Positions 29,926-39,320 of a stretch of DNA of 64,000 bases are shown in pieces (within the stretch, counting starts at the first letter, position 1; each line of letters opens with the position of its first letter). Origin of the DNA: Alphaproteobacteria bacterium (lineage in GTDB: Bacteria > Pseudomonadota > Alphaproteobacteria > UBA7887); NCBI GenBank assembly GCA_965216755.1, contig CBDCGL010000011.1:2112001-2176000 (forward strand), given 5' to 3'. A program made the translations under genes and the position numbers. Below the pieces are notes generated by a model, which had not been told where the DNA came from, did no database searches, and saw nothing but the letters and a program-made list of their open reading frames with translations.

Positions 29926-32900
29926 CTAGTTGATGTAGCTCAGATTATTGTCCGCAACACTTTGCCGCAAAGACGCCATGAAGGCTTCATAGGCGCCAAT
30001 CTCCGCCACCGTATCTGTAATTTCCATCGGATTGATGCGACCGCCGTCGACATACGATGCAATGGCCCGAAAGGCGTCGGCGCTTGCGGTCCGCGCCATC
30101 AGGGGCCCAAAACGGTCGCGGACATCGGATAAGGCCGTGCGATTGTTGGCCAGCGCCAACGCCACCGCCAACTTCATCATGTAGGCCGTCTCCTCTTCCG
30201 ACAAAGGTTCGGTCGAATTTCGTCGACTGAATACATCCTCCAGCACCGTCGCTTCCGCGATCCAATCCTGCATGGCCCAGTAAATGTCGGCGCGTGCCAG
30301 TTGGGCTTCGCGGCTCTCGTCGCGCAGCAGCAGGCGCAAAGCCTCGTCATATTGCTTGGTTTCCAAATAGGCGCGGCTGCTCAAATAACGGCGTTGTGTC
30401 GCCAAGCTCTCAGGCATGTCGACGATATCGCTCGCGCGCAACGCATCCAAAGCCTCCTCAGGCTTTTCATCAAGCAGATAGATCTCGGCCAGGCGGGCGC
30501 CGACCCGCGCCAGCTCGCCACCACGCAAACGATACTCGACCTGGTGACGGAGCAGTTCGGCCGCGTCTTCCAACAAATCGACAGCCACCAATCGATCGGT
30601 CAGTCGAAAGATCATCTGATCGCCACGATTGCCGACCGGGGTGAGTTCACGAAAACCGTAATAGATCGCCAATGTTGCAACGGGCGGCAATGCGTCGGCC
30701 TTGCCGCTTAAGAAAATGTCTTCAAATGTTTCGTTCATCTGTTGGGCTATTTCCCGTGCTTCGGGACGATCCGGGAATGCTGAAACAGCCTTGCGATAGG
30801 CACCCAACCCGCGCATATAGTCGCCTTCCGCTAGATATAGCTCGCCCAGACGGCGCATCACGCCCAGTTCCAACGCGTCACCACGCCATACGAATCTTAG
30901 CCCCTCCAAGGCCTCAATCGCTTCCGCGTTATTCATCATGCCTTCGGCGAGCATAAGTTCAACGCGCGCCCGCTCTGCGCGGACCCGCACTTCGCGGTCT
31001 TCGGACTGGCCCGCTTTCGCGAGCAAGGCGACGGCGGCGGCAGCATCGCCTTCCAATTGCCGTTCTAATCCGCGCAAATAGTCGACATAGTCTGCGATAC
31101 GCGCTGGCGGGCGGTCAGCCATTATCGCGTCCATTTGAAATCGCGCGCGTAGTGGGTCTTCAGACGCCAACGCCCCGGCCACGGTTTGCAGCCGGATTTC
31201 CGACTTGAGGCCGCGCGGATAGCGGTCCAAGACCATACCGCTGCGCAAGAACTCATAGTCGGCGTCGTCAAAGTTTTCGCTTTTGGCGTGGTAAACGCCG
31301 CGCCACAATGCCATTTCGGCGTTATCGTCAAACATGCTGTCAAAAACGTCGGGTTCCGCCTCGGCCGTTCGATCGAGCATCAAATTGGCCACGCCGCGCA
31401 TGGCCTTGACGGTCTGGTCGGCATTGAGCTCATCGTCCAAACGCGTCGCTTGCGCTAGCCAGCCGAGCGCCTCCGCGGCCTGTAGATTGGCAAAGTGAAA
31501 TTTTGCCAGATTGAGGCGATGTGGGCCGCGTTCTTCTTCCGGCGCCATCGACAAATCGACATTCAGTGCCCTTCGGCTCGATGCATAATCCTGATTTTCT
31601 GCATGGCTCCAGGACGGAAAATCAAACAACGGATCGTCGGTCGCTACAAATATTTGCTCGATCGTTTCGTCAACGGGCGTGGCTTCAGTCTCAACCGACT
31701 GGTCTGTCGTTTCTACGTCTGCGGTGGGCTCAGACGTTTCGACGTCCGTGGCTTCGGGGATGGTTACGTTGAGGCCGGCCAGGCTGTTGATCTCGATACG
31801 CGAACGTAACGCGCGAACCGCGACCGAATCAGAGATCGGACGAACCGCGACACCTTGAGCTGTCGGCAAGAGTTCTAGGTCCACATACCGGTGCGCCTGC
31901 GCAATACCGCGGCCCGGTTCGTGTACGGGCACAATGACCAAATCGTCGCCAACCTCGGGATCCTTGAAATAAAGCTCGCCACCCGGATTGGCATTGTCAA
32001 GTACAAGGCGTGCCGCGCCGCCGGGGTCAGTGGTCAGATTGACCGGTATCGCTGGCGGTACCGCATCAGAACTGACCATGTCCTTTCGATAGGATAGCCG
32101 CCAGGCATTGCCGTCGACCATCATCGTCGGGTGGCCGCCCTTGGCGGCAAAACGTGCGACGGCGCGCCCATCAACAACGACCTGCTGCGGCAACGACACA
32201 TCGGCCGCGGCGTCGAAACCAACAAATTCGAACGCCGCCGGTGCGTCGAACATAACCCACAGATTATCGGCACGTTGAAACGCGGCTGCCGCCACGGGAA
32301 CTTGCCATGCAAATTGGATATCGCTACCACCCGGCGCGGCAATGTGCTCCACTCGAACCGCTGCGGCGGCAACCGATGGCGTGCCCTCCGCTTTGGTCGA
32401 GGCATCTTCGACTTCGGCAGTCGCGTCGGACTCGCCGACCTCTTCATTGGTCAGCGGCTCGGCGGTTTCTGTCAATGGCTCTGCGTTGGGGAATTCCGAC
32501 CCCGCGATTTGGGAATCCCGATCGTTGGCGTCAGGCGCATCGCCATCCAGCGGCGGCGCATCGGGGTCGGTGCTATTTTGATTCTCCGCGCCGTCATCAG
32601 TCGCAAGGGCGCCGTCCGCATCGGTACCCGTCGCATCGGTGGGTACTGCATCGCCCTCCGATTCCACCAACGCATCGATGATCTCGGCAGCCGACAAACC
32701 GTCGCCCGTGGCGTCCGCCGGCGCGGCTTGCACGTTTAGGTCCGGACGAATATCCAAGACCACTTTGTCTTCATAACCGAAATGGTCAATCGATGACGGC
32801 CGGGCCAGAGACAGCCGCACCGTTGACTGACCGGAATCGCTGTCGACCGCCATATCGGCGATGGACGGCGGTAAGCGCGATCGCAATCGCGCGGCGTCGA

Positions 32901-33510
32901 TGGTCGCCGCCCTTGCGAACTCTATGATTTGTTGGTCACCATCGGCACGCACGCGATATTCGACAGGCGCCGGCCAATCAAATACGACCCTGTCGTAATC
33001 GTCATGCTCACCAAAGCGAACGGTGACGAAGGGTGCCGTTTGTCCGTCTGAATCGACGCTGGCGCGTGCGGTGTTGACATTCGGGGCGGTCGCCGATGGG
33101 TCGGTTGGTGGCGGCGCCGGTGTCGCTGTTTGTTCGCTATCGCGGACCAGGTCGATCACAACCATGCTGCCGCTGTTGAAGCTTCGCGGCACGAACGGCT
33201 CCAACAAGCGAAAATTGAACGTACGACCTCCGTCGCTGACACCGCCCGCCTGTATGATTGAGGTCAGCGCTGCCAGCGACTCGTCGAACGCAGGGTCCAG
33301 CGCGCGTTCGAATGTGACACGCAATTGGCCGCCGTTGTTTGAGAGCGTGTGTTGTGTTAGTTCCGGCAGGTCGAAAACCAGCCTGACATAGCTATCGTGG
33401 TCCCATGCCCGCACGACGACACTTTGTTCCGTTTGTGCCATCCCGGACCTGACAAGGCCGACCAACAGCACGCAAATGGTAATGGTGAAGAAACGGCCGA
33501 CCCGTGTCAT
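29926..33510 (-). CDS. Large exported TPR protein of the motor operon (repeated 'H..Y.R.VFD' N-terminal modules, acidic linker, helical TPR C-terminus)
   Basis: Signal peptide; 'DHDSYVRLVFD' and 'EHDDYDRVVFDW' modules; 'LRFVWRGD..E', 'L.P.G..GD.M...L..RLV.VDLL..AA.LL.HQV..RL' C-terminal block; last gene after the motB-like pair. Confidence 0.7.
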   Translation of the reverse strand: MTRVGRFFTITICVLLVGLVRSGMAQTEQSVVVRAWDHDSYVRLVFDLPELTQHTLSNNGGQLRVTFERALDPAFDESLAALTSIIQAGGVSDGGRTFNFRLLEPFVPRSFNSGSMVVIDLVRDSEQTATPAPPPTDPSATAPNVNTARASVDSDGQTAPFVTVRFGEHDDYDRVVFDWPAPVEYRVRADGDQQIIEFARAATIDAARLRSRLPPSIADMAVDSDSGQSTVRLSLARPSSIDHFGYEDKVVLDIRPDLNVQAAPADATGDGLSAAEIIDALVESEGDAVPTDATGTDADGALATDDGAENQNSTDPDAPPLDGDAPDANDRDSQIAGSEFPNAEPLTETAEPLTNEEVGESDATAEVEDASTKAEGTPSVAAAAVRVEHIAAPGGSDIQFAWQVPVAAAAFQRADNLWVMFDAPAAFEFVGFDAAADVSLPQQVVVDGRAVARFAAKGGHPTMMVDGNAWRLSYRKDMVSSDAVPPAIPVNLTTDPGGAARLVLDNANPGGELYFKDPEVGDDLVIVPVHEPGRGIAQAHRYVDLELLPTAQGVAVRPISDSVAVRALRSRIEINSLAGLNVTIPEATDVETSEPTADVETTDQSVETEATPVDETIEQIFVATDDPLFDFPSWSHAENQDYASSRRALNVDLSMAPEEERGPHRLNLAKFHFANLQAAEALGWLAQATRLDDELNADQTVKAMRGVANLMLDRTAEAEPDVFDSMFDDNAEMALWRGVYHAKSENFDDADYEFLRSGMVLDRYPRGLKSEIRLQTVAGALASEDPLRARFQMDAIMADRPPARIADYVDYLRGLERQLEGDAAAAVALLAKAGQSEDREVRVRAERARVELMLAEGMMNNAEAIEALEGLRFVWRGDALELGVMRRLGELYLAEGDYMRGLGAYRKAVSAFPDRPEAREIAQQMNETFEDIFLSGKADALPPVATLAIYYGFRELTPVGNRGDQMIFRLTDRLVAVDLLEDAAELLRHQVEYRLRGGELARVGARLAEIYLLDEKPEEALDALRASDIVDMPESLATQRRYLSSRAYLETKQYDEALRLLLRDESREAQLARADIYWAMQDWIAEATVLEDVFSRRNSTEPLSEEETAYMMKLAVALALANNRTALSDVRDRFGPLMARTASADAFRAIASYVDGGRINPMEITDTVAEIGAYEAFMASLRQSVADNNLSYIN

Positions 33511-33557
33511 CGTGCCTCGGTGTTCATGGCGCGGCAGCGTTCCTTAAACAGCAGGTT

Positions 33558-34283
33558 TCATGGGACCAACGCGTTGTCGCGACCGCCATCTTGTCGAATG
33601 ATAATATCGACGCGCCGTGCCAGTTGATATCGCCGCGGTGCCGAAATCCGCACCGAAAGGTCGCGAAATCGGCTGTCTGCCAAACCAAATGCATCGATCG
33701 GCCGTCGGTATCCAGCCCCACGCAACGCGTTCGCGACCGCCATCGCACGCCCCAGCGAGAGTTCCCAATTTGAGGGATATATGCTGTTGCTGACCGGTTC
33801 GGGATCGGTGTGACCGTTCACCTCGACCCGGTTACCGAGATGGCGGAGTTGATCGCCGATAAGTCCAACAGAGTCGCGCGCTTTCGAATTCAAAGTCACA
33901 CCGCCAACATCGAATAAGTCATCGCTTGGCAATGATATGACCAAACGATCGTGCAATTGATGCAATACTACTTGCTTTAATACCGGATCGTCAGCCATTT
34001 TTTGTCCGAGAAGTGTTCGCAGATAGTCAAGACTATAGGCTTTGGCCAGATCGATTTTCGGGATATCCATATCCACCGACGGCTTCGGCCGGGTCATTTC
34101 TGACGCTGGATTGAATTGCTGGGCCAGTGCGCTGACAATTGCCTCGAACTCCTCCTGTTCGAGCGTGGACATGGAGAACAGCATGACGAAGAACACCAGC
34201 ATCAATGACACCAAGTCGCCAAACGAAAGCATCCAGGCTTCCGGATCTGGCCCGGGCGCGCTTGGTTCTTCTTCTTCGTCCAT
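33558..34283 (-). CDS. motB: Flagellar stator protein MotB-like (OmpA domain)
   Basis: TM 'WMLSFGDLVSLMLVFFVMLFSMS' with the conserved Asp; 'GHTD', 'SNWELSLGRA', 'RRVDI'. Confidence 0.85.
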   Translation of the reverse strand: MDEEEEPSAPGPDPEAWMLSFGDLVSLMLVFFVMLFSMSTLEQEEFEAIVSALAQQFNPASEMTRPKPSVDMDIPKIDLAKAYSLDYLRTLLGQKMADDPVLKQVVLHQLHDRLVISLPSDDLFDVGGVTLNSKARDSVGLIGDQLRHLGNRVEVNGHTDPEPVSNSIYPSNWELSLGRAMAVANALRGAGYRRPIDAFGLADSRFRDLSVRISAPRRYQLARRVDIIIRQDGGRDNALVP

Positions 34284-34310
34284 GGACCTACCCTCCGATG
34301 TCCGAAGCCG

Positions 34311-35006
34311 TCACTGGATACGCTGCGGCGTCACGGTGACAGAGCGGAAATCGACTTTCGCCTGTTCGACAACACGCACGAAAAAGGTCATCTCAACCAT
34401 CGACGGATCGCCGGGTTGGGCCCCAATCAAAATCGATTCGGCTGGCACCGCGCGCGCCACCAAACCGCGGGCAAATGCGCCCGCTCGGGCCACCTGCAAG
34501 ACCCGGCCTGAAACGATCTCGTCGGACAAGAAAGGTCCGGTAAAGGTCGAGAACTCCATTTCGTAGCGAAGCCCGACGGCGCGACGCGAAAGGGATTGAA
34601 TAATCCGGTTGACCAAGTCCTGGCGGTCGGCGCGTAGGGTGGCACTGTTGGCTTCGAACAGCTGGTCCGCCGGCAGTTTGATGCGCATGACACGCCCGTC
34701 AGAGAAAAGCTCGATGCGGGCCAGTGGCACGGCAACTTCGAAAAAGTCGCGAACTTCCTGATGGTATTCGTCCACGGCCAGATTCTGTCCTATGCTGGCC
34801 GTAAACTCCGTGGGCGTGAGCGTGTTGAGGATCTCGCTGGAAAACGTTGCCAGTAGGCTGCCCATCACTGCTTTGACGCGGTCTTCTTTGAGCGTCGCCA
34901 TGGTGTTGAGAAGCACAAAAAACGCCAGCAGGATCAGATAGAGGCCGAGGAATAGCGCGAGTGTTGGATCCTTTGGTGCTTCTTTTTGTTCTTCTTCCTC
35001 GTCCAT
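34311..35006 (-). CDS. Divergent MotB-like protein lacking the conserved TM Asp and the GHTD/NWELS motifs
   Basis: TM 'LFLGLYLILLAFFVLLNTMA' followed by plug-like 'VKAVMGSLLATF' and 'LPADQLF', 'RAGAFAR.L'. Confidence 0.65.
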   Translation of the reverse strand: MDEEEEQKEAPKDPTLALFLGLYLILLAFFVLLNTMATLKEDRVKAVMGSLLATFSSEILNTLTPTEFTASIGQNLAVDEYHQEVRDFFEVAVPLARIELFSDGRVMRIKLPADQLFEANSATLRADRQDLVNRIIQSLSRRAVGLRYEMEFSTFTGPFLSDEIVSGRVLQVARAGAFARGLVARAVPAESILIGAQPGDPSMVEMTFFVRVVEQAKVDFRSVTVTPQRIQ

Positions 35007-35018
35007 GCCGAAAGGCGC

Positions 35019-35645
35019 CTAGTCTAGGCTGGCAAACAACGCATCAATGTCCGCTTGATTCTTGGCCTCCCCGGGCAAAGCCGGTCCATTCAGAAGTCGG
35101 CTCTCGTCCGTCGGGTCGACAGGACCATCAGCCGTTTGTTCTGTATTGCCGACCAACGCCGATGCCTGCTGTTCAACCGCCTTCAAGGTCGTAATGACTT
35201 TCGTTACCCGTTGGCCGGTCAAGTCCTGAAATGCACAAGCTTCGAATATCCGTGTCACGTGCTGGCGCATCACCGCAGCGGATTCGCCGGTTGCGGCGCT
35301 GACCATTTCTTCGATCTGCTCGGCCGCATCCATGATTTCATTTGATGCCGATTCGGTCGCGGTGACGATCGCATCCAATTCATCCGTGGCACCGTCAAAA
35401 TGCATCAGATGGCCGTGGGCCGACTGATCGCCGACCAGCGAATCGCGGAACGCGCGAATGTGCGCCAATACGCGCTCCAAGCCTTGCTTGAGGCTTTGAT
35501 TCTCTTCGCTTAGCTGTTGGGCCACGGCATCAACCGCGCGTTCCACCAGGCCGGCGGCATCGCCGATTTCGACGAGCCCGTTTTCCGGATCACCGATCGC
35601 CTCTAAGCGACGTTCAATTTCCTTGCGAACTTGTGCCGACGCCAT
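35019..35645 (-). CDS. cheZ: CheZ-like CheY-P phosphatase
   Basis: 'ELDAIVTATE.A...IM...E', catalytic 'FQDLTGQRV.KV', C-terminal 'QADIDALF'. Confidence 0.8.
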   Translation of the reverse strand: MASAQVRKEIERRLEAIGDPENGLVEIGDAAGLVERAVDAVAQQLSEENQSLKQGLERVLAHIRAFRDSLVGDQSAHGHLMHFDGATDELDAIVTATESASNEIMDAAEQIEEMVSAATGESAAVMRQHVTRIFEACAFQDLTGQRVTKVITTLKAVEQQASALVGNTEQTADGPVDPTDESRLLNGPALPGEAKNQADIDALFASLD

Positions 35646-35680
35646 AACGTCTCACCGAACTTCCAACCCGCGCCGCGGCG

Positions 35681-36067
35681 TCAGAAAGCCCCCAAAACCG
35701 AGCTCATTTTGGCGCGCAGCGTTTCCGCATTGAACGGTTTGACAATGTAGTTGTTGACCCCGGCTTCCTTCGCCGCAACGACATTCTCTGTCTTGCTTTC
35801 CGCGGTGATCATAATGAACGGCGTGGTTTTCAAATTGTCGTCCGAACGAACTTCTTTCAACAATTGCAAACCCGTCATCGGCTCCATATTCCAATCGGAT
35901 ATGACCAGCCCGAATTCGCCTTCGCGCATTTTTTGTAACGCTTGCGAGCCATCGGTCGCCTCTTCGACGTTCTGGAACCCGAGTTGCCGCAATAGGTTGC
36001 GAATAATCCGCAACATTGTCTTATAGTCATCGACTATGAGGACGGTCATGTCCTTGTCTACAGCCAT
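35681..36067 (-). CDS. cheY: Chemotaxis response regulator CheY
   Basis: 'LIVDDYKTM', 'SDWNMEPMTG', 'MITAE', 'YIVKPF'. Confidence 0.93.
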   Translation of the reverse strand: MAVDKDMTVLIVDDYKTMLRIIRNLLRQLGFQNVEEATDGSQALQKMREGEFGLVISDWNMEPMTGLQLLKEVRSDDNLKTTPFIMITAESKTENVVAAKEAGVNNYIVKPFNAETLRAKMSSVLGAF

Positions 36068-36133
36068 TCCGAAACCTCCACCCCACCAACCAGGGTCGCG
36101 TCTGCGGAGCATGCCAAACGGTCGGCATGATCC

Positions 36134-36811
36134 CTAATACTGAGCAATTAGCTCATCCGTGGGCGTCTTCAACACCCTTTTTTCCGCCAATTCCACAGTC
36201 AGCATCTTGGCCTTGGCGGTTTCCATTTTTCCGATGATGACGGCCGCCTTCGCATTCTTCATGCGCTCAACGATGTCAACGAGATAGGACAACTCAAGCT
36301 CATTGAAAACCCTAGCGGCATCTTTCGGCTTCATTTTCTCGTAGTAAATCGCCAACGTCTTAAGATCTTGTTCCTGTTCGGACTCATATTCGGCCATTAG
36401 GCCTTCGACTTCGGTCTTTAGACGCTTCCAATCCTCGATCCGGCTTTCCAGCGTGTGTTCGGCGGCCATAATCGTGTTCTCGCGCATATCAAGCCGCGCC
36501 TCGCGCGCGTCAAGTTCCCGACGCCGATCGCGAAGGCGTTGTAAAACATCGATTTCCGCGTCCGTCAGCGCATCACTGTCGAGCAAAGGCTCTTCTTCGG
36601 CCACCACCCCTTCGGCGCCCGTTGTACCAGCGTCGCCATCTTCCTCAAGCAAGTCCGTTGGTCGCTCACCGGGCGCCTGTTGCGCCAATGAAGGGGAAAT
36701 CGTGATTTCGGGCGCCGTGTCGGTGTAATCGTCCCACAATCCGCCCACCTTGACGGTCAGCAACAATGAGGCTGCGAAGATCGTTAGAGGCAAGACGCGC
36801 AATCGAATCAT
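36134..36811 (-). CDS. motE: MotE family (MgtE N-terminal-like) flagellar protein
   Basis: Signal/TM, coiled coil, 'YEKMKPKDAARVF..L', 'M....A..I..M....A..LT'. Confidence 0.8.
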   Translation of the reverse strand: MIRLRVLPLTIFAASLLLTVKVGGLWDDYTDTAPEITISPSLAQQAPGERPTDLLEEDGDAGTTGAEGVVAEEEPLLDSDALTDAEIDVLQRLRDRRRELDAREARLDMRENTIMAAEHTLESRIEDWKRLKTEVEGLMAEYESEQEQDLKTLAIYYEKMKPKDAARVFNELELSYLVDIVERMKNAKAAVIIGKMETAKAKMLTVELAEKRVLKTPTDELIAQY

Positions 36812-36823
36812 TGTGGCACCCCG

Positions 36824-37273
36824 CTAGTCGCCCTTGCCCAACGCGGCGATAAGTTCTTTTTCGCTGCGGGAGCGGCCGGTCCCCACACGAGGCGCGGTGG
36901 GAGTAGCGGCGGCAGCGCTATCTTTTGGCTTGGCAGACGGCTTTCGCGCGCTGCGCCGCTGGCGCGTGCCCGCTTCAACCTGATCTGTCAATTTGCCGGC
37001 CCGGTGAATCAGCATGTCAAGGTCACTGACCAAGACGCGGCCCTCTTCGAGTTTCTGCCCAAGTGACGTCTCAACATCCGCGGCTGTTTCTTTCAAAGCG
37101 TTGAGATTGGCTTCGGCGCGCGACGCAGCCTGGTCAAACGTCGCGATATGCGCCTGCATGTCGTTTTGCGCGCCGCGCAGGATGCTCAGCTTGCGGTGAA
37201 CCACCACGCAATAGCCAATCGTAATCAGTAAGAGCACGACCAAAAGAACATCAATGAGCAGTGTCGTGGTCAT
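36824..37273 (-). CDS. Membrane-anchored coiled-coil flagellar protein (DUF6468-like)
   Basis: 'LLLITIGYC..HRKL..LR', 'F..A..RAE..L..LK', C-terminal 'RS.SEKEL..AL'; lies between fliM and motE. Confidence 0.6.
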   Translation of the reverse strand: MTTTLLIDVLLVVLLLITIGYCVVVHRKLSILRGAQNDMQAHIATFDQAASRAEANLNALKETAADVETSLGQKLEEGRVLVSDLDMLIHRAGKLTDQVEAGTRQRRSARKPSAKPKDSAAAATPTAPRVGTGRSRSEKELIAALGKGD

Positions 37274-38343
37274 TGCTGCGGTCTTTGCTCCTTGAGTTTC
37301 TTCTCGACTTGAACCGCCATCGCGCTGCCGGCGCGGCCAACCAAGCCGGTCAACATGGTGATCCCGCCACAGCGCATTTCGACTTGCGATTCCGAGGTCG
37401 CACTTAGCAGCAATGTGTCGCCGACCTTGAGGTTCATGATGTTCTTCAGCGGCAGCACCTGCTCGTCAAGAACAGCGTCAAGCTCGACATCAGTCACCCA
37501 TAACTCGCTCGCCAAATGGCCTTCCCAAATCGAGTCACGGCCGAACTTCTCGCCCATGAACATCTGCAGCAGGATTTCACGTATCGGTTCCAATGTGGCG
37601 TAGGGCAGCAACAGCTCCAAGCGGCCGCCACGATCTTCCATGTCAATGCGCAAACTCGCCACGATGGCCGCATTGCCGGGGCGTACAATTGTGGCAAAAC
37701 GTGGGTTGGTCTCAAGACGGTCAAACTGGAAAGTCACCGGGCTCAAAGGCTCGAACGACATGCCTATGTCGTGCAAAACGACGCTCACCATGCGCTCAAC
37801 CAGATTGCGTTCGATTGTCGTATAGGGTCGCCCCTCGATACGCATCGCCGCGGTGCCGCGCCGACCGCCAAGCAGAACGTCGACAATCGAATAGATAAGC
37901 GCGCTATCGACCGTGATCAGGCCGTAATTGTCCCATTCCACCGCTTTCGAGACGGCCAGCATCGCTGGCAATGGAATTGAGCTCAAATAGTCACCGAAGC
38001 GCACGGACGTGATGCGATCCAGCGAAACCTCGACATTGTCGGACGTGAAATTGCGCATTGACGTCGACATTAGCCGTACCAGACGATCGAAGACGACCTC
38101 CAGCATCGGCAGGCGCTCGTACGAAACGAGCGACGAATTGAGCATGGCGTGAATGCCAGAGCGATCTTCTTCGGCATTGCCATGCTCACGGAAGCCAAGC
38201 AGACTGTCGATTTCATCTTGACTGAGGACGCGCGTGGATTGAGCGGCCATGTTGGCGGTTTCTTGACCGCCGCCGCCTTCCTCCTCCTCTTGCATCATGG
38301 CCTCCCATTCGGCGGCCATTGCTTCATTGAGGTCTTCAGACAT
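37270..38343 (-). CDS. fliM: Flagellar motor switch protein FliM
   Basis: 'VLSQDEIDSLL', 'ERLPMLEVVFDR', 'EGRPYTTIE', C-terminal SpoA domain. Confidence 0.97.
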   Translation of the reverse strand: MSEDLNEAMAAEWEAMMQEEEEGGGGQETANMAAQSTRVLSQDEIDSLLGFREHGNAEEDRSGIHAMLNSSLVSYERLPMLEVVFDRLVRLMSTSMRNFTSDNVEVSLDRITSVRFGDYLSSIPLPAMLAVSKAVEWDNYGLITVDSALIYSIVDVLLGGRRGTAAMRIEGRPYTTIERNLVERMVSVVLHDIGMSFEPLSPVTFQFDRLETNPRFATIVRPGNAAIVASLRIDMEDRGGRLELLLPYATLEPIREILLQMFMGEKFGRDSIWEGHLASELWVTDVELDAVLDEQVLPLKNIMNLKVGDTLLLSATSESQVEMRCGGITMLTGLVGRAGSAMAVQVEKKLKEQRPQQ

Positions 38344-38375
38344 CCTCGTTAGCTCCGCAATTGATCACAGGCTGA

Positions 38376-38942
38376 TTAGCCTTGGACCAAGATCTCCTTG
38401 AATAGAATGTCGTACACGCGAATCGGATCGAGCGCCGCGTTGACACGGACCAGTAGCTCTTCCTTCAAGCGATAGACTCCCTTTGTGCCGTGCAGCTCAG
38501 GCGGGCGCAATTCGCGCAAATACACTTGGAAATTGTCGACAATACGCGGCAAAACGGCTTCAACCTCTGGCACGGCGGCCGGATCACCCAGTTCCAAGCT
38601 GACCTGAATTTTTAGAAAGCTGGCCTGGCGCCCGGCGGTGTTCAAGTTCACCAGCAATTCCGGCAGATCGTAGAACACGGCCTCATGCGGCTCTTCCTCG
38701 GCCAATTCCGCGAGTTCGCCGTCGGCACCAGCTTCGGCGCCTTCTTCACCTTCGGCGACCTCTTCCTCGCCGCCGCCCAAAATACCGCTAAAAAACACGC
38801 CGGCGCCGGCGCCGCCCAAAAGCAGCAAGGGCAAGACCACGAACAACACCAGCTTTTTACCGCTGAGTTTCTTTTTCGGCTTATCGGCTTTTTCGCCGTC
38901 TTCGCCTTCGACTTCAGCGTCTTCCGCAGCTTCGTCGGACAT
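38376..38942 (-). CDS. fliL: Flagellar basal body protein FliL
   Basis: K-rich stretch then TM; 'LVNLN', 'PRIVD.FQ.YLRELR', 'LKEEL..RVN', 'ILFKEILVQ'. Confidence 0.93.
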   Translation of the reverse strand: MSDEAAEDAEVEGEDGEKADKPKKKLSGKKLVLFVVLPLLLLGGAGAGVFFSGILGGGEEEVAEGEEGAEAGADGELAELAEEEPHEAVFYDLPELLVNLNTAGRQASFLKIQVSLELGDPAAVPEVEAVLPRIVDNFQVYLRELRPPELHGTKGVYRLKEELLVRVNAALDPIRVYDILFKEILVQG

Positions 38943-39098
38943 CGTCCCTCCCCTCTCTTGCCCCAGAATTATTTCGGTTTCTTGGGGGTTCAGCCTGGTG
39001 GACAACCCCGTTTTCGCTGCCCGAAACAGTACGATTTAGACCTTAACAAGCAGTTTCGTGGCCGGATTACCGGGACCGATCTCTGGTACGAATTGCCG

Positions 39099-39111
39099 GG
39101 CAGGCTTTGCC
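39099..39111. promoter_or_regulatory. ftr-like (FlbD enhancer) palindrome upstream of flgF
   Basis: GGCA-GGCTT-TGCC, about 130 bp upstream of the sigma54 site. Confidence 0.55.
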
Positions 39112-39240
39112 GGTTGAACCTCTCCAAGCCCGCATCGACGGTTGGCGATGCGGGCACAGGGACGCCTTTCGACGGCCAAACAAGCGCCGTCGCGCGGGGT
39201 TTCCGGTAGCAGGAGCCATGGATCGCGTCGCCGGGAACAG

Positions 39241-39256
39241 TGGCATGCCGATTGCT
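39241..39256 (+). promoter_or_regulatory. Sigma54 (-24/-12) promoter of flgFGAH
   Basis: TGGCAT-GCCGA-TTGCT. Confidence 0.8.
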
Positions 39257-39320
39257 TTAGACAAGCCGGCCACAGAGCACCAAGTTCGGCCAAAATTTTT
39301 GGAGACCAGCGGATCACGCC

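Noticed and set aside
39031-39057. Possible CtrA site upstream of fliL
   Set aside because: Only one good half-site (TTAAC); the second half has at least 2 mismatches.
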